Counted from the stretch's first letter, positions 17,904 to 27,731 are shown. The stretch: 32,162 nucleotides of DNA from Promethearchaeota archaeon (GCA_048940925.1 JBHLOC010000051.1:1395-33556), one strand, 5' to 3'. Notes: generated from the sequence alone by a model not told the origin. Translations and numbers: made by a program.

Positions 17904-19079
17904 TTGAAAGAAAAAATCATTAGAATTGAATTGATACCCGTTCATGTTCCATTCAGGGAAGCCGTTCGAAAGGCTATGCAATCAGGAGAAGGAGGATTGG
18001 GAATGGCTATTGGTGCAGAAGAAGAATGGGAGGGAGGGGATTTTGTAATTTGTAAACTAATTACAGATGAAGGAAATATTGGCTTGGGTGAGTCTTACGT
18101 TTGGTTACCAGAAACAGGTATATCTCCAAATCAAATTATTGATTCAATTCAAAATAGTTTATCAAAATATCTATTGGGAGAAAATCCTTTTAATATTGAA
18201 AAAATTAACTATAGAATGGATATAAATGTAGCTCGTACAAATGTGGCAAAAGGTCTTTTAGATATTGCCTGCTATGATTTAATGGGGAAAATATCGGGAT
18301 TATCTGTTTGTAATCTTATTGGTGGTGAAACAACCGATGAAATTCCATTAGCAGCTTTGATTTCACTTGCTGATGTGGATTATATGATAGACATGGCGAA
18401 AAAGTTATGGAAATTGGGATATAAATCATTCCGATATAAGCTTGGAAAAAGTATTTACGATGATATTAAAATTTCTGAAGGACTTCGGAATCTATTAGGC
18501 CAAGATATTAGATTAAGAGTAGATTACAATCAGGTTTATCGACCAGATGAAGCTGTGAAAGCTATTAAAGCGATTGAACAATATAATATCGATTTTGCTG
18601 AGCAACCGGTAAATATTAATGATTTTTTAGGTATGGCATACGTTCAAAGTCGCGTAAATATTCCTTTAATGGCTCATGAAGGCTTTTTTACGATGTATGA
18701 TTTTGTAAATTTAGTAGAGATGGGAGCTGTCCGAGTTCTCGGTCTTAATACTGAACGACCTGGAGGAATCACAAAAGCACTTAAGTGTTTACATTATGCT
18801 GAATTAAGAGGATTGAGTACAGTTATACATAATCAAAATCTGGGTATTGGTACTGCAACACTTCTACATTTTGCAGCTGCAAATTATAATTCTCTGGGTC
18901 ATACTCCGGAATTATTTGGTTATGCAATGATGGAAGATGATTTAATTATAGAAAAGATTCAACAAGAAAACGGAATAGCTAAAGTTCCTAAAGGACCAGG
19001 ATTTGGTGTAAAATTAGATGAAAAAGCTCTTGAAAGATATTCAACTGGTCCAACAATTACAATAAAAAGCAAAAATTAA
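17904..19079 (+). CDS. Mandelate racemase/muconate lactonizing enzyme (enolase superfamily) protein
   Basis: LITDEGNIGLGE, LDIACYDLMGK, RVDYNQ, EQP and VPKGPGFGV motifs; TTG start 6 nt after GTGAT. Confidence 0.9.
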   Translation: MKEKIIRIELIPVHVPFREAVRKAMQSGEGGLGMAIGAEEEWEGGDFVICKLITDEGNIGLGESYVWLPETGISPNQIIDSIQNSLSKYLLGENPFNIEKINYRMDINVARTNVAKGLLDIACYDLMGKISGLSVCNLIGGETTDEIPLAALISLADVDYMIDMAKKLWKLGYKSFRYKLGKSIYDDIKISEGLRNLLGQDIRLRVDYNQVYRPDEAVKAIKAIEQYNIDFAEQPVNINDFLGMAYVQSRVNIPLMAHEGFFTMYDFVNLVEMGAVRVLGLNTERPGGITKALKCLHYAELRGLSTVIHNQNLGIGTATLLHFAAANYNSLGHTPELFGYAMMEDDLIIEKIQQENGIAKVPKGPGFGVKLDEKALERYSTGPTITIKSKN

Positions 19080-19281
19080 TTGCTTTGAATCAATGACTCT
19101 AGGCAATATTTATAAACAACAAATAAAAATCTCAATATTTAACGATAAAACTTTTTTAGAATACTAATTATATTTATCTATACCAGCATATAAATAAGAT
19201 TACCTATTTAATTTTTAGTTTATCTTAATAATAAGAGAGGCATTGAATAAGATCTCTGAAAAGAAAAGCCCACTTCTAAAA

Positions 19282-19383
19282 GGGAGGGTGGTCTAGCCTG
19301 GTATGATACTATAGGGAGTTTCTCTATAGCATAATTCTTGGTTTGGGACCAAGGGGTCGGGGGTTCAAATCCCCCCTCTCCCA
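19282..19383 (+). tRNA. tRNA-Pro(TGG) with a 28-nt intron at 19308-19335 (position 25/26)
   Basis: Acceptor GGGAGGG/CTCTCCC plus discriminator A; D-arm GTCT-AGCCTGGTA-TGAT; anticodon arm CTTGG-TTTGGGA-CCAAG (TGG at 19344-19346); T-arm GGGGG-TTCAAAT-CCCCC. CCA is not encoded. Confidence 0.95.
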
Positions 19384-19515
19384 TATTTTAAATCTTATAT
19401 CTTATTGATCGAATTTCTATATATCTATGACCTCTTCTATTTTTGTCGAATTTTCATTATCAAAGTAAACTTTTCAGAACTTTCCGGAATAAAAAAGGAT
19501 TCAGTTTGACAAATA

Positions 19516-20019
19516 TTAAGATGTAGAACTCCATTCTTTTAATTCATTAATATCATCAGGAAGATTATCAATTCCACCAAATTCTTTAATAACAATTGAT
19601 TTTATTTTAGATTTCAGTTCTTGTCTAAGGTTAGGATAAGTCATTTGATATACACCACCGATACTCTCACAATCATCTTCAATTAATATATCTGGTTTAG
19701 ATTTTTTAACCGGTGAATTCCAAGTTTGGTTTTTTCGGTAAAATATTGGTCCTTTCGGAAAATCATATTTTTTTAGAACCATTTTATCTATTTTAATATT
19801 TTCCAGAGTTAAATGAGAACTTAGATACAAAATTGTAGCTCCTTGATTGTGCCACGAAGACAATTTCTCAACGACATTACCAATTGGAATATATGAAGCA
19901 AAATCATATATAGATTCATCAATATCTTCAATAATTTGCTGAACAATTTGTCTTCTTGAAAGACCTAAGGCATTCTTATGCATAATACAAGTTCCATGCA
20001 GAAATATTAAAATTCTCAC
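19516..20019 (-). CDS. Hypothetical protein, possible degenerate HAD-superfamily fold
   Basis: RILIFLHGT (motif I-like, Asp absent), ILYLSS (motif II-like) and PDILIEDD (motif IV-like); GTG start. Confidence 0.6.
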   Translation of the reverse strand: MRILIFLHGTCIMHKNALGLSRRQIVQQIIEDIDESIYDFASYIPIGNVVEKLSSWHNQGATILYLSSHLTLENIKIDKMVLKKYDFPKGPIFYRKNQTWNSPVKKSKPDILIEDDCESIGGVYQMTYPNLRQELKSKIKSIVIKEFGGIDNLPDDINELKEWSSTS

Positions 20020-20094
20020 TTATCTGTTCCAATCAGTCATTTTTTTATAATCAAGTTCATAAGTTATTATTAAGATTTAATTAGTTATACATGA

Positions 20095-20526
20095 ATAAAT
20101 CCTTTATGCTACCTACTTTTTAACATTCTATCAGCAATTTTTATTCTTTCATTAACTCTGATAGGTTTAATTCCAATGGAGTCATACTTTATTTTTGGTT
20201 TACTTTTTATAATTGGATTAGCAGGATGCTTAGGCGGTTGGGCTTTATTTTCACCAATTATTTATGCAGATATTGCTGAAGATGATGAGAAAAGAACGGG
20301 AGAATTAAAATCAGGTATATATTCCGTTTTTCCAAGTATAACTTTAAACTTATTTCAAGCTTATGGCATAATTATCATAGGAATGATTTTAGAATTACCT
20401 AGCATAGGGGCTTTGTCTTATGCTATTGGTTTAATATTATGGGGTCTCCTTTGCTCATTTATATTTATTATTACTTATCTGTTTACGAGAAAATTCATTC
20501 AACTTGATTTTAAATGGGAGAAATAA
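20095..20526 (+). pseudogene. C-terminal fragment of an MFS/GPH-family transporter
   Basis: Only about 4 TM helices plus YADIAEDDEKRTGELKSGIY (GPH loop motif). The hydrophobic frame runs upstream of ATG 20176 to a TGA at 20092-20094; the N-terminal two-thirds are absent. Confidence 0.75.
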
Positions 20527-20612
20527 TCGTAAAAAAAGATAGAAACCAAAATTCTTTACATTTTTAAGAAAAGAATATAAGATTCAAAATTAAAATTTGT
20601 TATTTATTAATT

Positions 20613-20915
20613 TTATTTTAATATATTGTCTTTATCAATAAAATCATCTAAATTAATAGAATTTTCTTTATTAAAATAAACTTCAGGAATTGATTCTTGA
20701 ATAGAAGTAAAGAGGCTCAAGATTATTGCAGGATTTTCAGATGTAACTACGTTATAGTTTAGAATTTTACTAATTTTGGATATTTTTATATCATCTTGAA
20801 ATATTTTGAAAAATTGTCTGACATCATCATTAAAGTCGGGGTGTTTTTTTATCCAAGCAATAATTCTTTTTTTTTTAGATGGTTTATTAGGTTTAATTTT
20901 TAATATTAATTTCAT
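20613..20915 (-). CDS. Hypothetical protein
   Basis: The ATG at 20915 (MKLILKIK) follows GGAGA and is a better start than the GTG at 20942; no recognised motif. Confidence 0.6.
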   Translation of the reverse strand: MKLILKIKPNKPSKKKRIIAWIKKHPDFNDDVRQFFKIFQDDIKISKISKILNYNVVTSENPAIILSLFTSIQESIPEVYFNKENSINLDDFIDKDNILK

Positions 20916-21127
20916 TAAAAATTCTCCAAAATTGATTTTCACATTTAATATATTTATTAGATTATATATTTAAACAAGAAGAAATTTGATAAAGAAAATA
21001 AGAAATTTTAAGAAACACAGTGTATTAGTTAAGGATTTTAATCAGAAAAATAATTATACTTTTCTAATATAATATGGATTCTGAACTGTGCAGTATTAGA
21101 AGAATAATAATTCGAAAGATAAAATCA

Positions 21128-21289
21128 TTAATGAGTAAAAATTTTTGATCCTGATCTTAAACATTTGTCAAGATTTTCTCTTATCTTGGGTTTTTCAAGG
21201 AGTTTAAAGATCTCATTTGTATCAATACATGATTGGATGGATTCATTTTTAAATCCAATCTCAATAACTTTTTCTTTTTTTTCATCCAT
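21128..21289 (-). CDS. Putative small protein (53 aa), not in the ORF track
   Basis: MDEKKEKVIEIGFKNESIQSCIDTNEIFKLLEKPKIRENLDKCLRSGSKIFTH*; GAGGA upstream; lies in an otherwise empty 700-bp gap. Confidence 0.4.
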   Translation of the reverse strand: MDEKKEKVIEIGFKNESIQSCIDTNEIFKLLEKPKIRENLDKCLRSGSKIFTH

Positions 21290-21658
21290 TTTTGACAAAT
21301 CTTCCTCTTGGTTCTAATTAGAATCTTATTACAGTTTGTATCAAGTAGGATATTTAAATGTAATTTTAATATTCTATGTAAAATTTGATTAAATTCATGA
21401 AATTATATAATTGATATGAATTTTTTTCTAATTAAAAGTAATTAAACATGATATTCTATTATTATTTAGTTAGTTTAACCGATTGCAATGCCTTCCAATT
21501 TTTACCCTTATTTGAATGTGCGTTAATTTAAACAATTTTATTCAATATTTTAAAAGCCTTTTTAAGATTTTCCCCTAAAAACTATTATATAATAGGGTAA
21601 AATATAGGAGTAGTCAAAAAAATTTATTCAGAGATTTAATTTTAATTTATTTTTACAT

Positions 21659-22729
21659 CTAATTTAAAATTTCATGTAATTCTTTTACTATTTTATTTGT
21701 TTTCTTATCCTTTATCCAATACCTAATTTTAGAAGACCTGAGAAATTCTTGGATTTTTTCATTTAATTCATTTAATTTTATTTTATCTTCTTTAGATAAT
21801 TGAGGTACCTTTTCTTCAATTTTCTTTTTTACTTTTTTAATCTCTTCTTCTATGAGTGGAATTTTAATTTGTTCTTTTTCAAGAATTAATCTTTTTCTGA
21901 GGATTTCTTTAATACTTTTTGTCCATCCTCTAATCCAGGGGTAATTTCCAGGTTTTTTAGGGTCATTAATTTCAATATCATTTCTTTTAACAATTATTAA
22001 ATCATCTGGGCAGGAGTTTTCACAGGCTCCACAATAAAAACACTCATCTTCTTTGCATGCAATTTTTCCAAATTTTTTAACATCTTCTGCACTTTCGGGA
22101 ATAAAAAAAGATTCTGTAGGGCATATATAAACACATGCTTTACAACCTTGAGGATCACATTTGTGAAGCATATTCTTTTTTATAATTACTTCTCCCTTTA
22201 TAGGTGATTCAATATGAAAACATTGTGTTGGACACTCTTTTTGAATCTTAAAATATTCCTTCACTTGATTTCTTTCTCTAACAGTTAGACAAAGTTGACA
22301 CACTTCATTTTTGGAGTCCTCAATACATTTATCTAGATCAATTTTATAAAATTTACCAATCGAGGGGTATTCATTTAAATCAATTTGTTCTTCTGGAGTA
22401 ATGTTTTCATGAAAAGCGTCATTAGGACAGACAATAGCACATAACATACAATAACAACATTTTTCATAATCAATCAATATTTTTGGATTACTTTCTTCTA
22501 GTATTTTTTGAGCGATTTCTGGAATTGGTCCAAGCTCAATTGCTTCAGTTGGGCATACAAATTTACATAATGAACAACCTATGCATTTTTCTATGTCATA
22601 AACAAGCTTTTTATCAACATTTTGAAATTTCCATTTAAGGATTAATTGTTCTGGCGTGATTTCTATATCTTTTTCTATTTCTTCTTTATCTTCTTTATGA
22701 ACAATATTTTCTGGTGATGAGTCTGAGAT
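21659..22729 (-). CDS. FwdF-like polyferredoxin (formylmethanofuran dehydrogenase subunit F-like), about 356 aa, with charged helical C-terminus
   Basis: The frame extends 84 codons upstream of the track start and includes CIGCSLCKFVCPTEAIELGP, followed by CCYCMLCAIVCP, CKACVYICP and CFYCGACENSCP. Inferred start is ATC at 22729. Confidence 0.8.
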   Translation of the reverse strand: MSDSSPENIVHKEDKEEIEKDIEITPEQLILKWKFQNVDKKLVYDIEKCIGCSLCKFVCPTEAIELGPIPEIAQKILEESNPKILIDYEKCCYCMLCAIVCPNDAFHENITPEEQIDLNEYPSIGKFYKIDLDKCIEDSKNEVCQLCLTVRERNQVKEYFKIQKECPTQCFHIESPIKGEVIIKKNMLHKCDPQGCKACVYICPTESFFIPESAEDVKKFGKIACKEDECFYCGACENSCPDDLIIVKRNDIEINDPKKPGNYPWIRGWTKSIKEILRKRLILEKEQIKIPLIEEEIKKVKKKIEEKVPQLSKEDKIKLNELNEKIQEFLRSSKIRYWIKDKKTNKIVKELHEILN

Positions 22730-22990
22730 TTTTTATCAGCCACCTTATAATTAATTATGTTGAAAGCTATTATAAGACTTAAAAAAAATGCCCATTAAAA
22801 ATGATTTTCTCTAATTTTGTAAATATCTAATTTAAAAAAAACTTTCTATTAATAATTTAAAATATAACTATGACAAAAAAGCTGAAATACATAAACATAT
22901 ATATTACTTTTTCTGTTGATGATTTGCAGAATTATATTTAGTAATTTATACTAGGGGTTTTATATGAATTACTAATGCTGGAGGCGTTCT

Positions 22991-23373
22991 ATAATAATAA
23001 GGATTTTTATTGCTGAGGATGACAGAGATCTTCAAAGATTGTATGAATTAATTTTAGAAATGTCGGGATTTCAAGTAATAGGTATTGCAAGTAATGGGAA
23101 TGAAGCAATAGATATGTTTATATCCTTCTCCAATAAACCAGATATTATAATACTGGATTAGAGGATGCCAATCAAGAATGGAATCGATACTTTAAGAGAA
23201 ATAATAGAATTTGATGGCAATTCAAAAATTATTTTTGCGAGCGCAGATAAGACAATAAAAGAAAGAGCCTATCATTATGGAGCAATAAGATTTTGGATAA
23301 ACCATTTACCCATAATAAATTAATATCCACACTTAATAAATGCATGATTATTTCGAATTCTTTAAAAGTTTAA
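22991..23373 (+). pseudogene. Single-domain response regulator (CheY-like receiver) pseudogene
   Basis: IRIFIAEDD...KPDIIILD*RMPIKNG...IIFASAD...GAIRF/LDKPF. There is an in-frame TAG at 23159-23161, a frameshift in the TTTT at 23291-23294, and ATA in the start position 6 nt after GGAGG. Confidence 0.88.
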
Positions 23374-23466
23374 AATTTAGATATTTAGTTTTCTATTAGG
23401 GTAAAATTTTCTATAGATATACTAATATATCTATATTTTAATTTCAAATATCACTTTTGAGATTAT

Positions 23467-23967
23467 TCATGAATAATAATCATAACTTTCTTTATCAAAA
23501 TTATAAATATATTCAATAGGAATTCCCTCACGTTGAAGATCGGGAGGTGCATAAATTAAATGCAAATTTGGAAAAAAAGCGCCAATTCCATTTTTAGCTA
23601 TTGTTATTGTAGGATGATCGGTTTCCTTAAAAATCTCCTCACTAATTTTAAGGGTGATAACTTTGCATTTTTGTTCATCCATAATTCCTAAAGAATGAAT
23701 ATATTCATGTAATAGAATGTGATATGTGTAAGCCCAAACAATCTCATATGGTTGTTCTTTGAGGATTATTTCCAAAGGTGTTTTATTCATCACAATATCT
23801 GTACCAGGATGGAAATGCATACCTCCTATAAATCCTCCTCTATACATTCCCATCTCAACAATCCCTAAACTTAAGCCTGCTCGATGTCTACCATACACTT
23901 TCTTTACGTCGTTTTTAACTTTTTTAAATATCTTGGGCATTTCTTTTTTTAATTCTTGAAGATTCAT
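23467..23967 (-). CDS. Small HEXXH zinc metallopeptidase-like protein
   Basis: HILLHEYIHSLGIMDE preceded by a GGFIGG strand; SD AAGGT. Confidence 0.75.
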   Translation of the reverse strand: MNLQELKKEMPKIFKKVKNDVKKVYGRHRAGLSLGIVEMGMYRGGFIGGMHFHPGTDIVMNKTPLEIILKEQPYEIVWAYTYHILLHEYIHSLGIMDEQKCKVITLKISEEIFKETDHPTITIAKNGIGAFFPNLHLIYAPPDLQREGIPIEYIYNFDKESYDYYS

Positions 23968-24021
23968 ATATGATACCTTTAAATGTGTAAATTATAATAT
24001 TGAAATTAAAAAAAAGAGTAT

Positions 24022-24816
24022 TTAAATTTCAAAAAACCAACTATCTTCATCCTCTCGTAAGAAATCCATTAAATTTGATAAGTCTCGTAATAGATGTCTT
24101 ATTGAAACTTTATGTTGATCGCGCCTTATAGGACCCATTTCAGAGAAAAACATATCATCAAGTAATTTATCGATATTTATTCTTTTAAAGTATTTTAGAG
24201 GATCGTAGAAAAGAGTATAAAAAATCTCTTTTTCTAGATTTGGTTGTTCTTTTGTACTTAGAGCATCCTCATATTGTTCTCTCATCAAATTTTTTAGTTC
24301 TATAATAAAACATTCCTTATGTTGAATCAAGGTATTTCTTTCATCCTCTAAATTTCTGAGGTTTTGTTCTATTGATTTTATTTTCTCACCTAAAAATCTA
24401 AGTTTTTTATTTACATTCTTAAGTTTTTTATAATCCAAGTCAAATCCTGTATTCTTAAACTCTAAATTTTCTCGAGTTTCATCAATTTTAACAATACTGT
24501 AATTCATATTGTAATAATCTGGAGTAATGTCAATTCTTAATGAAATATTATTCTTAATACGATATTTAATATTTCTGGGATCCTCACCGTAACTTTCAAT
24601 TATTCCAGAATCAGAAAGCATTTTAAGCTGGCTGTGAATCGCTTGTCGTGAAATGCTTTTGCCAAATGAGGCTGCTAATTCAGATGCACCTAAAGGTACC
24701 TTCGATAATTTTGATAAAATAATTCTTCGAGTGGGATTCCCTAAAATTTCAAGTAAATTATCTAAACTAAGAAAAGCATTCTGTTCTTCTTGTTCTTCTA
24801 ATTCCAAAACAATCAC
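24022..24816 (-). CDS. ArsR-type wHTH transcriptional regulator with coiled coil (Phr/HSR1-like heat-shock regulator candidate)
   Basis: LEILGNPTRRIILSKLS...SELA...ISRQAIHSQLKMLSDSGII followed by a heptad segment; directly downstream of hsp20-cdc48. Confidence 0.82.
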   Translation of the reverse strand: MIVLELEEQEEQNAFLSLDNLLEILGNPTRRIILSKLSKVPLGASELAASFGKSISRQAIHSQLKMLSDSGIIESYGEDPRNIKYRIKNNISLRIDITPDYYNMNYSIVKIDETRENLEFKNTGFDLDYKKLKNVNKKLRFLGEKIKSIEQNLRNLEDERNTLIQHKECFIIELKNLMREQYEDALSTKEQPNLEKEIFYTLFYDPLKYFKRINIDKLLDDMFFSEMGPIRRDQHKVSIRHLLRDLSNLMDFLREDEDSWFFEI

Positions 24817-24862
24817 TTCTTTTTTTATTTATAATTCGATTTATTTTCATATAATAAATTCA

Positions 24863-27088
24863 TTATCTGTATAATTCTTCTGAAGGTTCTTTAGAATATC
24901 TTTCATGCGATATCTTAGCTTTATCAGCTGATTTTAAAATTTTTTCAATGGCTTCGTCGAACTCCGCTTTTGTAATTTTCACAACTTTAACAGAATCAGC
25001 ATCCTGAGTATTGATATTTGTATCGTTAACAGCTTTACGTATTGTTAACAGCGTAGCTTCTTCACATATTGCTTGGATATCTGCTCCAGTATATCCTTCT
25101 AGATCTTGAGCCATTTGAGTTAAATTCACATCTTTAGCTAACGGTTTATTTTTAAGATGAATTTTAAATATTTCTTTACGTGCATCTTTATCGGGCATAG
25201 GGATTTCAATATGTCTCCCAAATCTTCCAGAACGTAGTAATGCAGGATCAAGCATATCTGATCTATTTGTAGCAGCAAGTAGAATAACATCTTTTAATCC
25301 TTCTAATCCATCCATCTCTGTCAATAATTGCGATACAACTTGTTCCGTTACTTGAGAACTGGCAAATCTACCTCTCATTCCTGCTATAGCATCAATTTCA
25401 TCAAAGAAAATGATGCAAGGGGCTGCGGCTCTAGCTTTTCGAAATGTTTCTCTCACTGCTTTTTCACTTTCACCAACCCATTTTGATAGGAATTCAGGTC
25501 CTTTAACTGATATAAAATTAACTTCACTTTCATGAGCTAAAGCTTTTGCTAGCAAGGTTTTTCCTGTTCCAGGTGGTCCAAAAAGCATAATCCCATTTGG
25601 AGGTTTCGAGTTTAAATGGTTATATAATTGAGGAAATTTCAAGGGCCATTCAATAATTTCTCTTAATTGTTGTTTAGCCTCTTCTAAACCACCAATATCT
25701 TCCCAAGTCTCAGTAGGCTGACTGATTAATACTTCTCTTAATGCTGACGGTTCAATACTATTTAGAGCAGATTCAAAATTTTTCATTTTAATTTGAAGAT
25801 CTGCTAAAACTTCTGGAGGAATTGGTTTATCTAAATTAATTTTTGGTAAAATTTCTCTTATTGCTAACATTGCAGATTCTTTTGCTAAAGATTCGACATC
25901 TGCACCTACAAATCCATGAGTCTTTTCAGCCATTAACCGCAGATCTACATCACTATATAAAGGCATTCCACGAGTGTGAATTAGTAAAATTTCATAACGC
26001 CCATCAGTATCTGGAACCCCTATTTCTATTTCACGATCAAATCTCCCAGGTCGTCTAAGTGCGGGATCTATATCATTAACTCTGTTTGTTGCACCAATGA
26101 CAATAATTTCACCTCTTCCTTCTAATCCATCTAATAACGAGAGTAATTGAGCTACAACCCTTCTTTCTACTTCACCAGTAACTTCTCCTCGCTTTGGAGC
26201 AATTGAGTCTAATTCATCAATAAAAATGATTGAAGGGGACATTTCTTTAGCTTCTTCAAATACTTTCCTAAGATTTTCTTCACTTTGACCATAAAATTTG
26301 CTCATAATCTCTGGTCCGCTAATTGTAATAAAATGAGCTTCAGTTTCATATGCAACTGCTCTTGCAAGAAGTGTTTTCCCAGTACCAGGAGGACCATGAA
26401 GTAAAACTCCTTTTGGAGGTTCAATTCCTATTCTTTTAAACAATTCAGGATGTCTTATTGGTAATTCAATCATTTCACGGATTTTTTGGATTTCTTCTTC
26501 CAATCCACCTATATCTTCATAGGTTACCCTCCTTGCCTCTATTTCTATAAGTTCTTTGTGAGTTTTTTCTGAAATTGTAATTTTAGTATCTAAATGAATC
26601 CTAACGGCGGCTGCTTTAGGAAAATAATCTATTACAATAAAATCAATCCTCCGCCCCATTGCATTGAAACTCAATATATCTCCTTTAGTAATGACTCGAT
26701 TCTCTAACATTCTAACTAATTGATCAGATCTTCTTAATATAACTGATTCTTCTACTCCCGCAAAGGTAATTCTTTCTGCTAAACTTGCCTCAATTTTTCT
26801 AATTTCTACGATATCATCTAAAGAAGCACTCAAATTCCTCCTTAATGATGAATCTATCCTGATTGTGTTAGTTCTTGTATCTTCTATTTTTCCAGGATAT
26901 AATAACGCAGCAGTTTTCTTTCCAACCATTGGATGAATAATTTCAATAACATCTCCAGTTCTAAGATTCATCTCCTCGATTACGCTAGGATCAATCCTAA
27001 TTCTACCTCTTCCAGCATCACCTTTATATGCATCCTTTATTTTTACTTTTCTTCCATCTCCTTTATATTCTCTTGTGATACCACTCAT
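24863..27088 (-). CDS. cdc48: CDC48/p97/VAT family AAA+ ATPase
   Basis: N-domain ([10 protein letters not shown]) and two AAA modules (GPPGTGKT twice, [30 protein letters not shown]); C-terminal HbYX motif LYR. Confidence 0.96.
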   Translation of the reverse strand: MSGITREYKGDGRKVKIKDAYKGDAGRGRIRIDPSVIEEMNLRTGDVIEIIHPMVGKKTAALLYPGKIEDTRTNTIRIDSSLRRNLSASLDDIVEIRKIEASLAERITFAGVEESVILRRSDQLVRMLENRVITKGDILSFNAMGRRIDFIVIDYFPKAAAVRIHLDTKITISEKTHKELIEIEARRVTYEDIGGLEEEIQKIREMIELPIRHPELFKRIGIEPPKGVLLHGPPGTGKTLLARAVAYETEAHFITISGPEIMSKFYGQSEENLRKVFEEAKEMSPSIIFIDELDSIAPKRGEVTGEVERRVVAQLLSLLDGLEGRGEIIVIGATNRVNDIDPALRRPGRFDREIEIGVPDTDGRYEILLIHTRGMPLYSDVDLRLMAEKTHGFVGADVESLAKESAMLAIREILPKINLDKPIPPEVLADLQIKMKNFESALNSIEPSALREVLISQPTETWEDIGGLEEAKQQLREIIEWPLKFPQLYNHLNSKPPNGIMLFGPPGTGKTLLAKALAHESEVNFISVKGPEFLSKWVGESEKAVRETFRKARAAAPCIIFFDEIDAIAGMRGRFASSQVTEQVVSQLLTEMDGLEGLKDVILLAATNRSDMLDPALLRSGRFGRHIEIPMPDKDARKEIFKIHLKNKPLAKDVNLTQMAQDLEGYTGADIQAICEEATLLTIRKAVNDTNINTQDADSVKVVKITKAEFDEAIEKILKSADKAKISHERYSKEPSEELYR

Positions 27089-27119
27089 ATTGTAATCAAC
27101 CTTGGTTTAATTTTATTAA

Positions 27120-27731
27120 TTATTTATATTTATTGAGTTTTATATTTGCTATACCATTATTTACATCAAGTTTAACTTCTTTTTTTGAAGAGTTAAAAGA
27201 TAAGGATATATTTTTTGTATACTTATGGGTTTCATTTTCAGCATTAAAAATAAGCTCATTTCCTTCTTCATTAAAACTTATTTTAACATTATCTTTATCC
27301 ATTCCAGGAATTTCAAAAATAATCTCTAAAGTATCATTTGTATCAATTATTTCTGTGTATGGTTCTAAAAAATCAATATCTTTATTTCGATTATTAAATT
27401 CTAATGATAGCTCACCAGCATCTATTTCATTCTTAGGGACAAGGTTAAATAATTCCTTTAATTTTGGATATTTACTTATATCTATATTTTTTAGGTAATT
27501 ATGAAGTTTTTTATCATCAAGATTTCCTTCTACTTTTATCTCAGGCTTATCCATTCCTGTTTCGTAATGAAATGAGATCTTAAATCCTTTAACATTTTTA
27601 TCATTAAATATTTTATCTCTATAGATTTCAGATTCAGGTAAAAAAAGAAAATCTACATCGAATATATCTGAATCTATTTTAAAATATTTCTTAATTTCAT
27701 CAATAAAATCGTCAAAATCATCCCTCATCAT
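27120..27731 (-). CDS. Hsp20/alpha-crystallin small heat-shock protein
   Basis: EPYTEIID...IIFEIPGMDKDNVKI...VNNGIANIKLNK; archaeal-type N-terminal GFKISF...KPEIKVEGN. Confidence 0.88.
   Translation of the reverse strand: MMRDDFDDFIDEIKKYFKIDSDIFDVDFLFLPESEIYRDKIFNDKNVKGFKISFHYETGMDKPEIKVEGNLDDKKLHNYLKNIDISKYPKLKELFNLVPKNEIDAGELSLEFNNRNKDIDFLEPYTEIIDTNDTLEIIFEIPGMDKDNVKISFNEEGNELIFNAENETHKYTKNISLSFNSSKKEVKLDVNNGIANIKLNKYK

Noticed and set aside
19355-19383. tRNA 3' end as attachment site of an integrated element
   Set aside because: No second copy of the tRNA 3' end and no integrase were seen in the window.
23159-23161. In-frame TAG as pyrrolysine or stop-codon recoding
   Set aside because: The same gene also has a frameshift, TAG terminates cdhD, the tautomerase, the fwdF-like gene and the methyltransferase, and no pyl genes are in the window.
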